DNA of 64,000 nt, taken from assembly GCA_030427965.1 (NCBI GenBank), contig JAUICD010000001.1, forward strand, positions 18,625 to 82,624. Reading direction: 5' to 3'. Every line of letters begins with the position of its first letter. The stretch's first letter is position 1. The notes beneath the pieces were generated by a model, which was not told the DNA's origin, did no database searches, and worked only from the letters and a program-made list of their open reading frames with translations. The stretch is from Bdellovibrionia bacterium (GTDB lineage Bacteria; Bdellovibrionota; Bdellovibrionia; Bdellovibrionales; JAUICD01). A program made the position numbers and the translations under genes. Below are positions 7,593 through 17,368 of the stretch, piece after piece.

Positions 7593-9818
7593 ATGACACC
7601 AAAATCTGGTGAAAACCTGCGTGCGTCCGCAATAAAAGAAATCACAATGTCCCCCATTCGGAAGTTTGAGCCAAAGAAATCGGCTGATGGAAGACTTCTA
7701 AGCGTTTCCGAATATTTTGGCGAACTGACATTTGGGCTTGGGCATATGAGAGAGAAGCTCTCTAGAGAAATATACAATCAAATTCTCCAAACTCTAGAGA
7801 AGGGTTCTAAACTTTCAGATGAAGCATCTAATGCGATCGCACAAGTTGTGAAGGATTGGGCTGTGTCTCATGGTGCAACTCATTTTTGTCATTGGTTTCA
7901 ACCGATGACAGGGTTGACGGCAGAAAAACATGACTCGTTTGTTTCCATACATGATTCGAAATACTCTGAGATCAGCGTTATAGAGAAATTTTCTGGCGGT
8001 CAATTGATTCAAGGGGAGCCAGACGCATCAAGCTTTCCAAGTGGCGGGATGCGATCGACTTTTGAGGCAAGAGGGTATACGGCCTGGGATCCGGGGTCTC
8101 CACTTTTTATAATTGAAGGCACGGCTGGTAAGACACTTTGTATACCAAGTGTTTTCATGGGTTACCATGGTCAGGCGCTTGATTTAAAAACTCCACTTCT
8201 TCGCTCTCAAGAGGCTTTGTCTAAAAAAGCTGTTGAGTTTTTAAAACTTGTTGGTGATGTCGACGTAAAACGTGTTGTACCAACTCTTGGAGCTGAGCAA
8301 GAGTACTTTTTAATAGATAAGAGGCTTGCGTGTTTGCGTCCTGATATCATTATGTCAGGTCGAACTGTTGTTGGAGCTGGTCCTCCACGAGGCCAACAGC
8401 TTGAGGATCATTACTTTGGATCAATTCCAACGCGTGTGAAAGCTTTTATGAATGAAGCGGAACAAGATCTTTATCGACTTGGAGTGCCTGTAAAAACAAG
8501 ACACAATGAAGTGGCACCCAGCCAATTTGAATTGGCTCCAATTTTTGAAGATGCAAATATCTCAGCAGATCACAACTCTATGATTATGGAGTCTTTAAGA
8601 CGAGTGGCGAATCGCCATGGCTACACTTGTCTTCTTCATGAAAAACCATTTGCGGGTTTAAATGGCAGTGGAAAACATTGCAATTGGAGTATGAGAAATG
8701 ACAAGGGAGAGAATCTTTTAGAGCCGGGAAAAACTCCTCATCAAAATATTCGTTTTCTTGCAATTCTTTCGATTGTTCTAAAGGGTGTTTATAATCATGC
8801 GGCAACGTTAAGGGCGTCTATTGCATCTCCTGGAAATGACCACAGACTTGGAGCAAATGAAGCGCCTCCGGCGATAATTTCTGTTTTTCTTGGATCTCTC
8901 TTATCTGATATCTTAGAGAGCATTGAAAATGGAGTTGCCGCATCTGCAACAGAGGCCGAATTAATTGAATTGAATGTTGGATCTATTCCAAATGTTTCTA
9001 AAGACTACACGGACAGAAACCGCACAAGTCCATTTGCATTTACAGGAAATAAATTTGAATTTCGAGCTGTTGGATCAACGACAAATATTTCAGTGCCAGT
9101 TGCATTCCTTAACGCGGCTGTTACAGATGCGTTTGATGAAGGTATAGAGCGACTTACAGTTCTTTTGAGGGACAAATCCAATCGCGATGAAGCTATCATG
9201 GAAATGGTAAAAGAGTTTGTAATAGAGTCAAAAGCTGTTCGTTTTGAGGGAGATAATTACTCTGACCAGTGGAAGCAGGAAGCTGAGGCGCGTGGACTTC
9301 CAATTTTAGCTTCAACAGCTGAGGCATTAAAGGTGTACAAAGATAAAGATGCAATGTCTCACATGACGCGTTTGTCGATCTTATCACCAGATGAAATTGA
9401 AAGTCGTTACAATGTGGGTGTGGAAAGATATAACAAGTCGATACTAATTGAGATGCAGACGCTTCTTGAAATCACAAACACTCATGTTATGCCAGCAGTG
9501 GAGGCTCAGTTGGCACTTTGCCAAAGCACGCTTGATGAAGCATTAACGGATAACTATAAGAGTAAGCAAAAAGAAAGAGTTTCAGAAATGGAAACTGTAG
9601 CTGTGGGGATTATGGATGGTCTTTCGGACTTAACAGCTGCACTAGAGAAGTCTTATTCTCTTGAAAATGAAGAAGAACAAATGGCTTTTCTTAAAAATAC
9701 GGTACTTCCAGTGAGTGACTCTCTTCGTAGTTGTGTGGATCGAGCAGAAATTATTGTGGATGATTCACTTTGGGTTTTGCCAAAATACCGCGAAATGCTT
9801 TTCACCAACGACTTATAA
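7593..9818 (+). CDS. glnN: Glutamine synthetase type III
   Basis: About 740 aa. 'HNEVAPSQFELAP', 'NGSGKHCNWS' and the N-terminal 'SEYFGELTF' are characteristic of GS-III. AGGAG lies 6 nt upstream of ATG 7593; the ORF track starts at TTG 7578. Confidence 0.9.
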   Translation: MTPKSGENLRASAIKEITMSPIRKFEPKKSADGRLLSVSEYFGELTFGLGHMREKLSREIYNQILQTLEKGSKLSDEASNAIAQVVKDWAVSHGATHFCHWFQPMTGLTAEKHDSFVSIHDSKYSEISVIEKFSGGQLIQGEPDASSFPSGGMRSTFEARGYTAWDPGSPLFIIEGTAGKTLCIPSVFMGYHGQALDLKTPLLRSQEALSKKAVEFLKLVGDVDVKRVVPTLGAEQEYFLIDKRLACLRPDIIMSGRTVVGAGPPRGQQLEDHYFGSIPTRVKAFMNEAEQDLYRLGVPVKTRHNEVAPSQFELAPIFEDANISADHNSMIMESLRRVANRHGYTCLLHEKPFAGLNGSGKHCNWSMRNDKGENLLEPGKTPHQNIRFLAILSIVLKGVYNHAATLRASIASPGNDHRLGANEAPPAIISVFLGSLLSDILESIENGVAASATEAELIELNVGSIPNVSKDYTDRNRTSPFAFTGNKFEFRAVGSTTNISVPVAFLNAAVTDAFDEGIERLTVLLRDKSNRDEAIMEMVKEFVIESKAVRFEGDNYSDQWKQEAEARGLPILASTAEALKVYKDKDAMSHMTRLSILSPDEIESRYNVGVERYNKSILIEMQTLLEITNTHVMPAVEAQLALCQSTLDEALTDNYKSKQKERVSEMETVAVGIMDGLSDLTAALEKSYSLENEEEQMAFLKNTVLPVSDSLRSCVDRAEIIVDDSLWVLPKYREMLFTNDL

Positions 9819-9839
9819 CGGGGCGACAGCCACCCAAAT
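9817..9839 (+). repeat. Left REP-like unit (AACGGGGCGACAGCCACCCAAAT)
   Basis: It is the inverted match of 10528..10550. It contains an imperfect internal hairpin GGGCG-N5-CACCC. Its first 2 nt are the last 2 nt of the glnN TAA stop. Confidence 0.7.
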
Positions 9840-9881
9840 GAAAGCACTTGCGTCGGCACCCTTTCTGCATAGTGAAAGGCA

Positions 9882-10514
9882 ATGCCGCGCAAGCCATTGG
9901 AATACACTCATGAATATCCCTATCACATTGTTGCAAGATGCAACAATAGAGAGCAGTTTAAATTAGAGCTTAGTGAAGTTTGGGATATTTTTAAAACAGA
10001 ATTAACAGAGTTAAATCAAAGATATAACTTCCAAACCCATCACTTTGTTTTAATGTCGAATCATTATCACCTAATTGCCAGTACGGATAAGAAATACAAC
10101 TTAGGTTTCATTATGCGAATATTGCAATCTCGGACGAGTCGGACAATAAACTTAAAAACCGGAAGAATTAATCATGTTTACGGTAGAAGATATAGAGCTT
10201 CTTTGATTATAGATCCGTATTATTACGGGAATGCTTTAAAGTATCTTTATCGAAACCCTGTAACAGCAGGAATATGTGAATCCGTAGTAGATTGGAAATA
10301 TTCGACACTTAACAACCATCAAGGTTTCTCTATAGAGGGGTTTCCGTTGAGTTGTCACCTCTTGGAGAGAGGGGTTATGCTCTCTGGAATAAATTTTATA
10401 AAATGGTTAAATGAGGCCTATTCTCCAGAGGTATACGAGAAGATAAATCTTGGGTTAACTCGAGTGCAGTTTAAATTTACTCAAAGAAAGTCACCACTGA
10501 GGGAATATCTTTAA
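9882..10514 (+). CDS. REP-associated tyrosine transposase (RAYT) / IS200-like Y1 transposase family
   Basis: HUH motif 'VLMSNHYHLI' and catalytic Tyr region 'ALKYLYRNPVTAGI'. The size (210 aa) and N-terminal 'YPYHIVARCNNRE' fit RAYT-type proteins. Confidence 0.8.
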   Translation: MPRKPLEYTHEYPYHIVARCNNREQFKLELSEVWDIFKTELTELNQRYNFQTHHFVLMSNHYHLIASTDKKYNLGFIMRILQSRTSRTINLKTGRINHVYGRRYRASLIIDPYYYGNALKYLYRNPVTAGICESVVDWKYSTLNNHQGFSIEGFPLSCHLLERGVMLSGINFIKWLNEAYSPEVYEKINLGLTRVQFKFTQRKSPLREYL

Positions 10515-10527
10515 CGCAGTAACTTTG

Positions 10528-10550
10528 ATTTGGGTGGCAGTCACCCCGTT
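10528..10550 (-). repeat. Right REP-like unit (ATTTGGGTGGCAGTCACCCCGTT)
   Basis: It is the inverted copy of 9817..9839. It has a perfect internal hairpin GGGTG-gcagt-CACCC (10532..10546). Its last 2 nt belong to the stop codon of the SDR gene on the minus strand. Confidence 0.7.
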
Positions 10551-11325
10551 ACCGTTTTATAAATTGCTCCAGTGCGGCTGGGGCAAATTTATTTAAGTAG
10601 TATGCAAGCTTTCCGTCCAAAGAAGGAATGATCATAAACTTCTTCTTTGAAACCTGTTTTAATATTGAGTGAGCAACTTCCTCAGGTGTTAGAACTTTTG
10701 CTTTTTCTTCAATATCTAAAACCTCTTTAGGTTTAATTTTATTTTCTTCATCAAAACCAGGAGTTTTGGTTCCTGGGGGACAGGCCACAGAAACGGAAAT
10801 TCCCTTTGGTAGATATTCACGTTTCAGTGCTTCAGACAAACCAATAACGGCAAACTTTGATCCGCAATACCCCGAGTAACCAAAGAGTCCCAAAAATCCA
10901 CAGATAGAAGAGACATTGACAACATGACCACTTCCACGATTTGCCATTTTAGGTAAAAGAATCTTTAAAACATTCATTGTTCCAAAATAATTGAGGTCCA
11001 TCATTTTTCTTTCGTCCTCTATGGAGACCTCTTCAAAAAAACCTGGGTGAGAAAATCCAGCACAATTTACAACAATATCTGGAACAGACTTTTTCTCACA
11101 GAGAGCTGTGAGTTTTTCTTCAAGCACGTCATACTTTGTTATATCTGAAGATATTGTGTCTGTACTCTTGTCACCTATAGTTTGAATTGCATCATTCAGC
11201 TTTGATTGATTGCGCGACAAGAGTGTGAGATTTGCTCCATACTTTGAAAGTTCTTTTGAAAGAGCCAGTCCAATGCCCTCAGATCCACCAACGATTAAGA
11301 TGTGTTTGTCTTTGTAGTAATTCAT
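10549..11325 (-). CDS. Classical short-chain dehydrogenase/reductase, KDSR-like (3-ketodihydrosphingosine reductase-like)
   Basis: 'ILIVGGSEGIGLAL' (TGxxxGxG), 'NCAG', 'VSSICGFLGLFGYSGYCGSKFAVIGLSEAL' (YxxxK), and 'ACPPGTKTPGFDEEN'. From memory, the last segment and the C-terminal tail are collinear with animal KDSR. Confidence 0.85.
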   Translation of the reverse strand: MNYYKDKHILIVGGSEGIGLALSKELSKYGANLTLLSRNQSKLNDAIQTIGDKSTDTISSDITKYDVLEEKLTALCEKKSVPDIVVNCAGFSHPGFFEEVSIEDERKMMDLNYFGTMNVLKILLPKMANRGSGHVVNVSSICGFLGLFGYSGYCGSKFAVIGLSEALKREYLPKGISVSVACPPGTKTPGFDEENKIKPKEVLDIEEKAKVLTPEEVAHSILKQVSKKKFMIIPSLDGKLAYYLNKFAPAALEQFIKR

Positions 11326-12836
11326 TATTTCACCTTAAAATATTGCTTAACAAATTCGAGTGACCACTTCACTCCAAAGCCTGTTGTTTCTGTTGTGATT
11401 AATCCAAGACCACCTGAGTGGGTTTCAGCGCTCAAATCCATATGGACCCAATCAGAGTCATCGTGAATGAAATTGGAAAGAAATGTCGCGGCATGGATGT
11501 GATCTGGTCCTGATTTTGGACTGCACTGTAAGAGATCGGCGATTTCAGACTTCAATGCATTTGAATACTCTTCTCCATGAGGAAAAGACCAAACACGCTC
11601 ACCGGATTTGTCTGTAGCGGTACGAAACAGAGGTTCAATTTTCTGATGGCTTGCAAATACAGCGCTTCTCTCGGTTCCTACTGCAGCAATGGCAGACCCG
11701 GTGAGTGTTGCATAGTTTAAAACCAAATTTGGACTCTTCTGTGTTGCAATAGCAAGTGTATCAGCTAAAACCATGCGTCCTTCAGCATCGGTGTCCACAA
11801 TCTCAATGCTCAAGCCATTTGAAGCAATGACGACATCGTTGGGTTTGTATCCACTTTCTGAAATCATGTTTTCAGCAAGAGCAAGGTAGGCATGAACCTC
11901 AATCGGTAGATTTAAACTTACAAGAGTTTCAAAAAGAGCAAGCGCTAAGGCTGAGCCATACATATCCTTATGCATGTCCATCATGTATTTTCCACTTTTG
12001 ATATTGTACCCGCCCGTATCAAAGCATATTCCCTTTCCAACAATACAGAGTTTTCCTTTTGTTCGAGAAGGCTTTTTAGTTTGTGTGAGATGAAGGATTC
12101 CTCCCTCATTTTTTTTAAGAGCAGAAGTTACAGCTAAAAAGGCACCTGCTTTTTTCTTCTTGAGCTCACTGTCTCCTATGAAGTTTGTCTTGTATTTTTT
12201 TATACTACGCTTTTGAATTGTTTCTCGGTAGGATTTTGGTGTGAGTTGATTGCCTGGTAGCATGGAAAGCTCTCGTGCAAGATTGATGCTTCCTCCTAAA
12301 CTTTTTCCATATAGCAAAGTGTTTTTATTTTCCTTTGGAGTTAAGTGTGTATAAATATTTAATTCAAGATTTACAGGGGTTTTTGATGATTTCTTTTTGA
12401 AGGATTTGGGTTTCCAATTTGTCGTTTCAGCAAACGTGATAAGATCTTGGGCAAGAGTGAGTTGAAAAGATTTTTTAAGTTTTGAGAGATGTGCATACCA
12501 AATTGAGCTTTTGGAAAAGTCTTTCTTTAAGTTTTTTGAAAACAGTGATTGTAGTGTGTTGATTGAGTCTGAGTAATCAATTGCTATTACCCAAATAACA
12601 AGACCAGAAGAGAGGGAAATACAAAGCGCTTCTGAGCCAGAATTTTTTTTTGAGTTTGAGAGTTTTGAGCGAGCTTGGGATTCAAACTCCTCAAAGCTCT
12701 GAGGGTGCAATTGTTTCAATAATTTCAACGTGTTATCTCGGCTTGTGGCTTTTGGAACAATTACCACTCCATTGGAGTTGTCTTTGAAATTAGAGGGAGA
12801 GCTGTTAAATTTGATTGTCGTGTTAAAGTCAGTCAT
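11325..12836 (-). CDS. pepA: Leucyl aminopeptidase, peptidase family M17
   Basis: 'GKGICFDTGGYNIKSG', 'MHKDMYGSA' and 'DTDAEGRMVLAD' are M17 metal-site and catalytic motifs. Confidence 0.9.
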   Translation of the reverse strand: MTDFNTTIKFNSSPSNFKDNSNGVVIVPKATSRDNTLKLLKQLHPQSFEEFESQARSKLSNSKKNSGSEALCISLSSGLVIWVIAIDYSDSINTLQSLFSKNLKKDFSKSSIWYAHLSKLKKSFQLTLAQDLITFAETTNWKPKSFKKKSSKTPVNLELNIYTHLTPKENKNTLLYGKSLGGSINLARELSMLPGNQLTPKSYRETIQKRSIKKYKTNFIGDSELKKKKAGAFLAVTSALKKNEGGILHLTQTKKPSRTKGKLCIVGKGICFDTGGYNIKSGKYMMDMHKDMYGSALALALFETLVSLNLPIEVHAYLALAENMISESGYKPNDVVIASNGLSIEIVDTDAEGRMVLADTLAIATQKSPNLVLNYATLTGSAIAAVGTERSAVFASHQKIEPLFRTATDKSGERVWSFPHGEEYSNALKSEIADLLQCSPKSGPDHIHAATFLSNFIHDDSDWVHMDLSAETHSGGLGLITTETTGFGVKWSLEFVKQYFKVK

Positions 12837-12875
12837 GGTTGATATCTATATCAGCTCAATTCAAGTGTCGAGGTC

Positions 12876-13613
12876 TTGTGGCAAGTGATGGTAAAAATAT
12901 CTGTATCTGGTAATATTCCAAATGAAATAGATCAATTGAAGGGGTTCTTCAACATCGTTTCTCGTGAATCTGGTGATTTTCATGTACATTTTAGTGATGA
13001 AAATGACACTCTCACACGTCAGGACCGCGCCTCTATCTCACCAGGGTTTACGTCTCCAATATTTTTAAATCGCCTGAATTCTATGGGAAAGAAACAACCT
13101 TTGTTGAAGGCGATCGGGATTGAAAAACCGATTCAATCGGTACTAGATATTTCTATGGGTTGGGGAGTAGATGCGTTTACGATGGCCTACTTTGGGCTTC
13201 AGGTGACGGCAATTGAGCGAAACCCTCTTGTGTTTTTACTTGTTGAGAGAGCCCTTGCTCGACTGGAAGAATTTGAGAATCTAAGTGAAGCGGCAAAGCG
13301 TATGAATCTAGTATCTGGAGATTCGAGAGAGTTTTTAAAGAATTGCGGGAAAAAGCATGACGTTGTGTTCTATGATCCAATGTTTCCTAGTGAATTCAAA
13401 TCGGGTGTATCCAAAAAAGAGATGGCTTTCTTAGAAGAACTTGACTGTATAGGAGGTGGGGGTGAAGAAAAGATTATAAACTTTGCTTCTCAGAATGCCC
13501 AAAAACGGGTCGTTGTTAAAAGATCTAAACATGCACCTCAAATCCATCCAAATGTGAGTCATTCTATAGAGAGTAAGCTTCTAAGATATGATGTCTACTT
13601 GACCGTATCTTAA
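12876..13613 (+). CDS. rsmJ: 16S rRNA (guanine1516-N2)-methyltransferase RsmJ
   Basis: 'VLDISMGWGVDAF', 'IERNPLV', 'VVFYDPMFPSEFKSGVSKKEMAFL' and 'RVVVKRSKHAP' are collinear with E. coli RsmJ (YhiQ). Start at TTG 12876, or ATG 12888. Confidence 0.85.
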   Translation: MWQVMVKISVSGNIPNEIDQLKGFFNIVSRESGDFHVHFSDENDTLTRQDRASISPGFTSPIFLNRLNSMGKKQPLLKAIGIEKPIQSVLDISMGWGVDAFTMAYFGLQVTAIERNPLVFLLVERALARLEEFENLSEAAKRMNLVSGDSREFLKNCGKKHDVVFYDPMFPSEFKSGVSKKEMAFLEELDCIGGGGEEKIINFASQNAQKRVVVKRSKHAPQIHPNVSHSIESKLLRYDVYLTVS

Positions 13614-13647
13614 GGGCTGTTGATAATTCAGTGAAGAGGAGAGAAAC

Positions 13648-15276
13648 TTGGATTCATCGATCAATTTGATCATACTTCTTATTGGTGGCATTGGTCTTTT
13701 CTTCTTTGGTGTTCAACATATTTCGACAAGTCTGCCTATACTTGGAAGTGCATTTGTTAAGAGGTTGCTCTCATATATCGGAGTTGGTCAACTTTCGAGT
13801 GTTTTTTCGGGTCTCTTTATCTCACTTTTTGTTTTTTCGTCAACGACAACTTCCAACATGCTCTTAAGTTATATGCAATCGGGAATATTTAAGTTGAGGC
13901 AAGCGCTTCCAGCATTGTTTGGTGTACAGCTTGGGCGAGCTATTCTGACTTGGGTTCTTGTGCTTCAGGATCAAAGGTCGATGGCTTATTTTTTTATTGG
14001 TGCAGGTTTTTTTCTTTTTACACTTTTTCGGAATCAAAGATCATACCAATGGGCAAGATTGTTTTTTGGTATAGGTCTTATTTTTGGTGGCCTTCAACTT
14101 GTCCAAGAAACAATATTTCCAATACGTCTCTTTACTTTGCATTCGGATTTATTTAGTTACTGGTTAGATGGAAAAACCTTTGTAAGCCAAGGTCTTTTGT
14201 TGGGGTTTGGAGTTTTCTTTACTTTTATTTTTCGGTCGGGATTGATTTCAGCAGGATTGATCGGAGCGATTTCCACTTTGAATTCGTTTACTCTTGTGGG
14301 GACGTTGAGCTTTTTGATTGGCTCAACACTTGCTTCTCCGCTTCATGTTTTGTACTTAACTCGGTTTTCTCACCGAGAGGTGCGTCGCTCAACAGTTGCG
14401 GTTTTAGCAGTTTCACTTGCCGTTTGCCTTATGGGGTTTGTATTTGCTGGACCAATAATTGAATACATAAGTGAATACATGACACTTGATACAGGATTTA
14501 AATCTGTGGCTGTAATACAGACAGGAATTTCTCTTGTGATTGTGATGTTGGGGCTACTGTTCCTTGGGCCTGTTTCAAAGTTTTCCAAAAAACTCTTGCC
14601 AGATACAGAATCTAAGGAGGCTTATCATATGGAGGTGATTGGAGATCCTCTTACGCTTTCTCCAAGCTTAGCTCTTGAACAGGCAGATTATGAAGTGAAA
14701 AAACTTCTTGCTATGGTGCAAGCCACTTTTGATCAAACGGGCGAAGTTGTTTCGAGTCGTTCGTCTAAAGAAGCTGAAATGAAAGTTGAGAAATATGAAA
14801 GTATCACGGATTCAATCAACAAAGAAATGAAAGTCTATTTGAACCATGTGACGCAATTGCCATTGGGTTTAGAGGAGGCGCGTGGTTTACACCGCCATAT
14901 TCGAGTGACCTATGAGCTCGAATCTTTGGCAGATGGTTGCTACAAGATTGCAAAAATCCTAGCAAAATTGAACGAAAGTCAAATTGAGCTGGAGGCAGAT
15001 CTTTATCGAGAATATGAAGAGCAGTTTGAATCGGTGAAGGCTTATTTTGAATCGATTTTTTCAGCCATTGTCAGTGATCGGGGTGAGGCTTTGGAAAGGC
15101 TTGAGCCGCAACGACAAACGGTGCGTCAGAAATCAGATGAACTCTTGGGTGATCTTCTTGGCTATCTTTCCTCTCAGGGCACAGATAAACGACAGGCTGT
15201 ATTTTTGGATGAACTTCGCACAACAACAGATAAAATGGGAAGCCATGCTAAGAACATTTTGGATGCTTATATCTAG
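13648..15276 (+). CDS. Na+/phosphate cotransporter family protein with C-terminal PhoU-like domain
   Basis: The N-terminal ~320 aa is polytopic membrane. The C-terminal ~200 aa is soluble and helical with PhoU-like E/D-rich repeats. This architecture is typical of NptA/YjbB-type proteins, though the motifs are degenerate. Confidence 0.55.
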   Translation: MDSSINLIILLIGGIGLFFFGVQHISTSLPILGSAFVKRLLSYIGVGQLSSVFSGLFISLFVFSSTTTSNMLLSYMQSGIFKLRQALPALFGVQLGRAILTWVLVLQDQRSMAYFFIGAGFFLFTLFRNQRSYQWARLFFGIGLIFGGLQLVQETIFPIRLFTLHSDLFSYWLDGKTFVSQGLLLGFGVFFTFIFRSGLISAGLIGAISTLNSFTLVGTLSFLIGSTLASPLHVLYLTRFSHREVRRSTVAVLAVSLAVCLMGFVFAGPIIEYISEYMTLDTGFKSVAVIQTGISLVIVMLGLLFLGPVSKFSKKLLPDTESKEAYHMEVIGDPLTLSPSLALEQADYEVKKLLAMVQATFDQTGEVVSSRSSKEAEMKVEKYESITDSINKEMKVYLNHVTQLPLGLEEARGLHRHIRVTYELESLADGCYKIAKILAKLNESQIELEADLYREYEEQFESVKAYFESIFSAIVSDRGEALERLEPQRQTVRQKSDELLGDLLGYLSSQGTDKRQAVFLDELRTTTDKMGSHAKNILDAYI

Positions 15277-15479
15277 AGGCAGCCCCATCTGGGGTTTGAT
15301 GCAAAAAATTTCTAGAAAACACTTATGCATATTTGATGGATCTTTGATTACTTCTAAATGCGTAGAATATTTAGACAATGTTTAGTTTTAAGACACTCAA
15401 ATCTTATAGATTGCTGTAAATTAGGTCTATGAATTGCAGCTAAAAGCCTTAGGTGGCGCCAAGGGAAAAGGGGATTGGG

Positions 15480-16040
15480 GTGAGAGCAATACTATTATTG
15501 ATATCATTGGGCGCGTTTTTGCTCCTTACATTCCAAAACTGTAAGCAAATAAAAGACGTTTCAAACCCACCTAGTAATAAAAACGGTAAGTTAAAATCTG
15601 TTACGACTGAGCTTGGGGCTCTGGTAGGAGCTGGGTTTATACGTCTTGGGTCAGATTATTATTCTGGGGAAGGGTTTGGTTACTTTCAAGATGAGCTTGA
15701 AATTCAGTATGAAAATGGGCGTTATCGTCTTGTTGGCCCTCTATGTGGTGGTGAAAATAGCGCATTTGAACTTTCTGAAAGTTTAAGTGAAGAAATATTG
15801 GACTTTGTTTCTCAATCTCCCAATGTTTGTGAAACAAAGTACATTATTCCAGATGGAGTTGATGTGTGTTTGGCGCTTCCGACGCCAACGGCCTGGGTAG
15901 AGACGAATACGAATGAGTATCCTCTTCATGGTTCAGTTTGTTTAAGTACAAAAATACATTTCTGTGAAGAAAGTGATTCAGAGAGATACCAAAATATTTA
16001 TTTAGATATAAAATCAGAGTTAGAAGAGCACTGCTCTTAG
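15480..16040 (+). CDS. Secreted Cys-containing hypothetical protein
   Basis: GTG 15480 gives the signal peptide 'MRAILLLISLGAFLLLTFQNC' (non-canonical lipobox). The ORF track begins at GTG 15453. There are six further Cys residues. Confidence 0.5.
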   Translation: MRAILLLISLGAFLLLTFQNCKQIKDVSNPPSNKNGKLKSVTTELGALVGAGFIRLGSDYYSGEGFGYFQDELEIQYENGRYRLVGPLCGGENSAFELSESLSEEILDFVSQSPNVCETKYIIPDGVDVCLALPTPTAWVETNTNEYPLHGSVCLSTKIHFCEESDSERYQNIYLDIKSELEEHCS

Positions 16041-16206
16041 CAGAGAGTTGTCTACTTCTGGAATTCAGTGCAAAAACTGAAAATAAAAATGAACGGACGA
16101 TTGGTATTGGTTTTCTATGGGATGAAAAGAAATCGCTAGGTAAATAAGTAAATGTTCTATACACCAATCACACTACAGCAAGGTCAAGCCATTTCTACTA
16201 AACACA

Positions 16207-16587
16207 CTAGACGTTGATTTCTCCTGCTCGTTCAATATGGTTTGGTTTTTTGATTTGATTTTCAGGGCCAAGAAGCACAACTGTCGGTACGTGTCGGTTT
16301 AATTCCGTCTCATCTATATCAACATAGCTACAAATAATAACTTTGTTTCCAGGTGATACAAGACGGGCGGCTGCTCCATTTAGGCAAATTTCTCCTGGGC
16401 GGCCATCAATAATGTAAGTTGAAAATCGAGCACCATTGTCAACATTGTAAATATCAACTTTCTCATAAGTTCTTAAATTTGCAGCAGCCATAAGAGACTT
16501 ATCAATAGAGATCGAGCCTTCATAGTGGAGGTCTGCTTGTGTAACAGTTGCACGATGAAGTTTGGATTTTAGCATTGTTAATTTCAT
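16207..16587 (-). CDS. panD: Aspartate 1-decarboxylase
   Basis: 'MLKSKLHRATVTQADLHYEGSISID' includes the self-processing Gly-Ser site. Confidence 0.95.
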   Translation of the reverse strand: MKLTMLKSKLHRATVTQADLHYEGSISIDKSLMAAANLRTYEKVDIYNVDNGARFSTYIIDGRPGEICLNGAAARLVSPGNKVIICSYVDIDETELNRHVPTVVLLGPENQIKKPNHIERAGEINV

Positions 16588-16597
16588 AAAACTCTCC

Positions 16598-17368
16598 TTA
16601 AATATTCATCTTTAAACAGAGAAAAAGTCCTTTAAGAACTAAGTCGCCGTCAATTTCGTTAAAAACATTGGAGTCTTCAAAAAGCCTGGAAAACCCACCA
16701 GTGCCAATGACAAGCGGGGGGTCGTTGTCAAAAGACTCTTTGGATATTCCATTTACAATTTCTCCAATTAAACCAATAGATCCATAGTAAAGGCCTGATT
16801 GAATGCTCTCAACAGTTGAGCGTCCAATCACAGATTCTGGTTTTAGAATTTCAACAGTTGGGAGGCGCGCTGTTTGCTTTTCCAGGGCTTCCATAGAGAT
16901 ACGCAGTCCCGCAACTATTGCGCCACCAAGGTATTCGCGATCTTTTGTTATGGCACAAAACGTTGTTGCAGTTCCAAAGTCAACAACAACCAAATTTCGA
17001 TTGGGAAACTTGTGTACAGCAGCAATGGCATCTGCAATTCGATCAGCCCCAACTTCAACGGGATTGCGATATCCAATCTTCAATCCGCTTTTTACTCCGG
17101 GTTGTAAAATAAATGGAGTTTTGTTGAAATACTTCATGCAGCAGTTTCGAACAGAATGAAGTACATCAGGTACAACAGTACAGCAGGAGATGTTTTGAAT
17201 TCCTTCTGGATCTATGCCGTTCTCACGTAGTACGCCCTTTAAGAAAACTCCCATTTCATCAGATGATTTTGCATAATTGGAGTTTCGTCGAAATCGTAAT
17301 TTGATTTCATCCCCCTCAAAAACACCGCCATATATTTGAGTATTTCCGATATCAAGACAAAGTATCAT
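16598..17368 (-). CDS. coaX: Type III pantothenate kinase
   Basis: '[11 protein letters not shown]' and '[10 protein letters not shown]' are ASKHA phosphate motifs. 256 aa. Confidence 0.9.
   Translation of the reverse strand: MILCLDIGNTQIYGGVFEGDEIKLRFRRNSNYAKSSDEMGVFLKGVLRENGIDPEGIQNISCCTVVPDVLHSVRNCCMKYFNKTPFILQPGVKSGLKIGYRNPVEVGADRIADAIAAVHKFPNRNLVVVDFGTATTFCAITKDREYLGGAIVAGLRISMEALEKQTARLPTVEILKPESVIGRSTVESIQSGLYYGSIGLIGEIVNGISKESFDNDPPLVIGTGGFSRLFEDSNVFNEIDGDLVLKGLFLCLKMNI

Larger units (their letters stand above)
9817..10550 (+). mobile_element. RAYT cassette: Y1 (HUH) transposase gene flanked by inverted REP-like units
   Basis: 23-bp terminal inverted repeats (21/23 identical) bracket a single IS200-like/RAYT ORF. 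The ends abut the stop codons of the two convergent neighbouring genes. Confidence 0.7.

Noticed and set aside
15047-16167. ORFs 15047..15385 (+), 15133..15378 (-) and 15844..16167 (-) spanning the intergenic gaps around the 15480 gene.
   Set aside because: They largely overlap better-supported genes in other frames. They have no signal, motif or ribosome-binding site. The short unique parts are AT-rich intergenic DNA.
16803-17159. 118-aa ORF antisense to coaX, plus two shorter ones.
   Set aside because: It lies inside a well-supported conserved gene and has no motif support.
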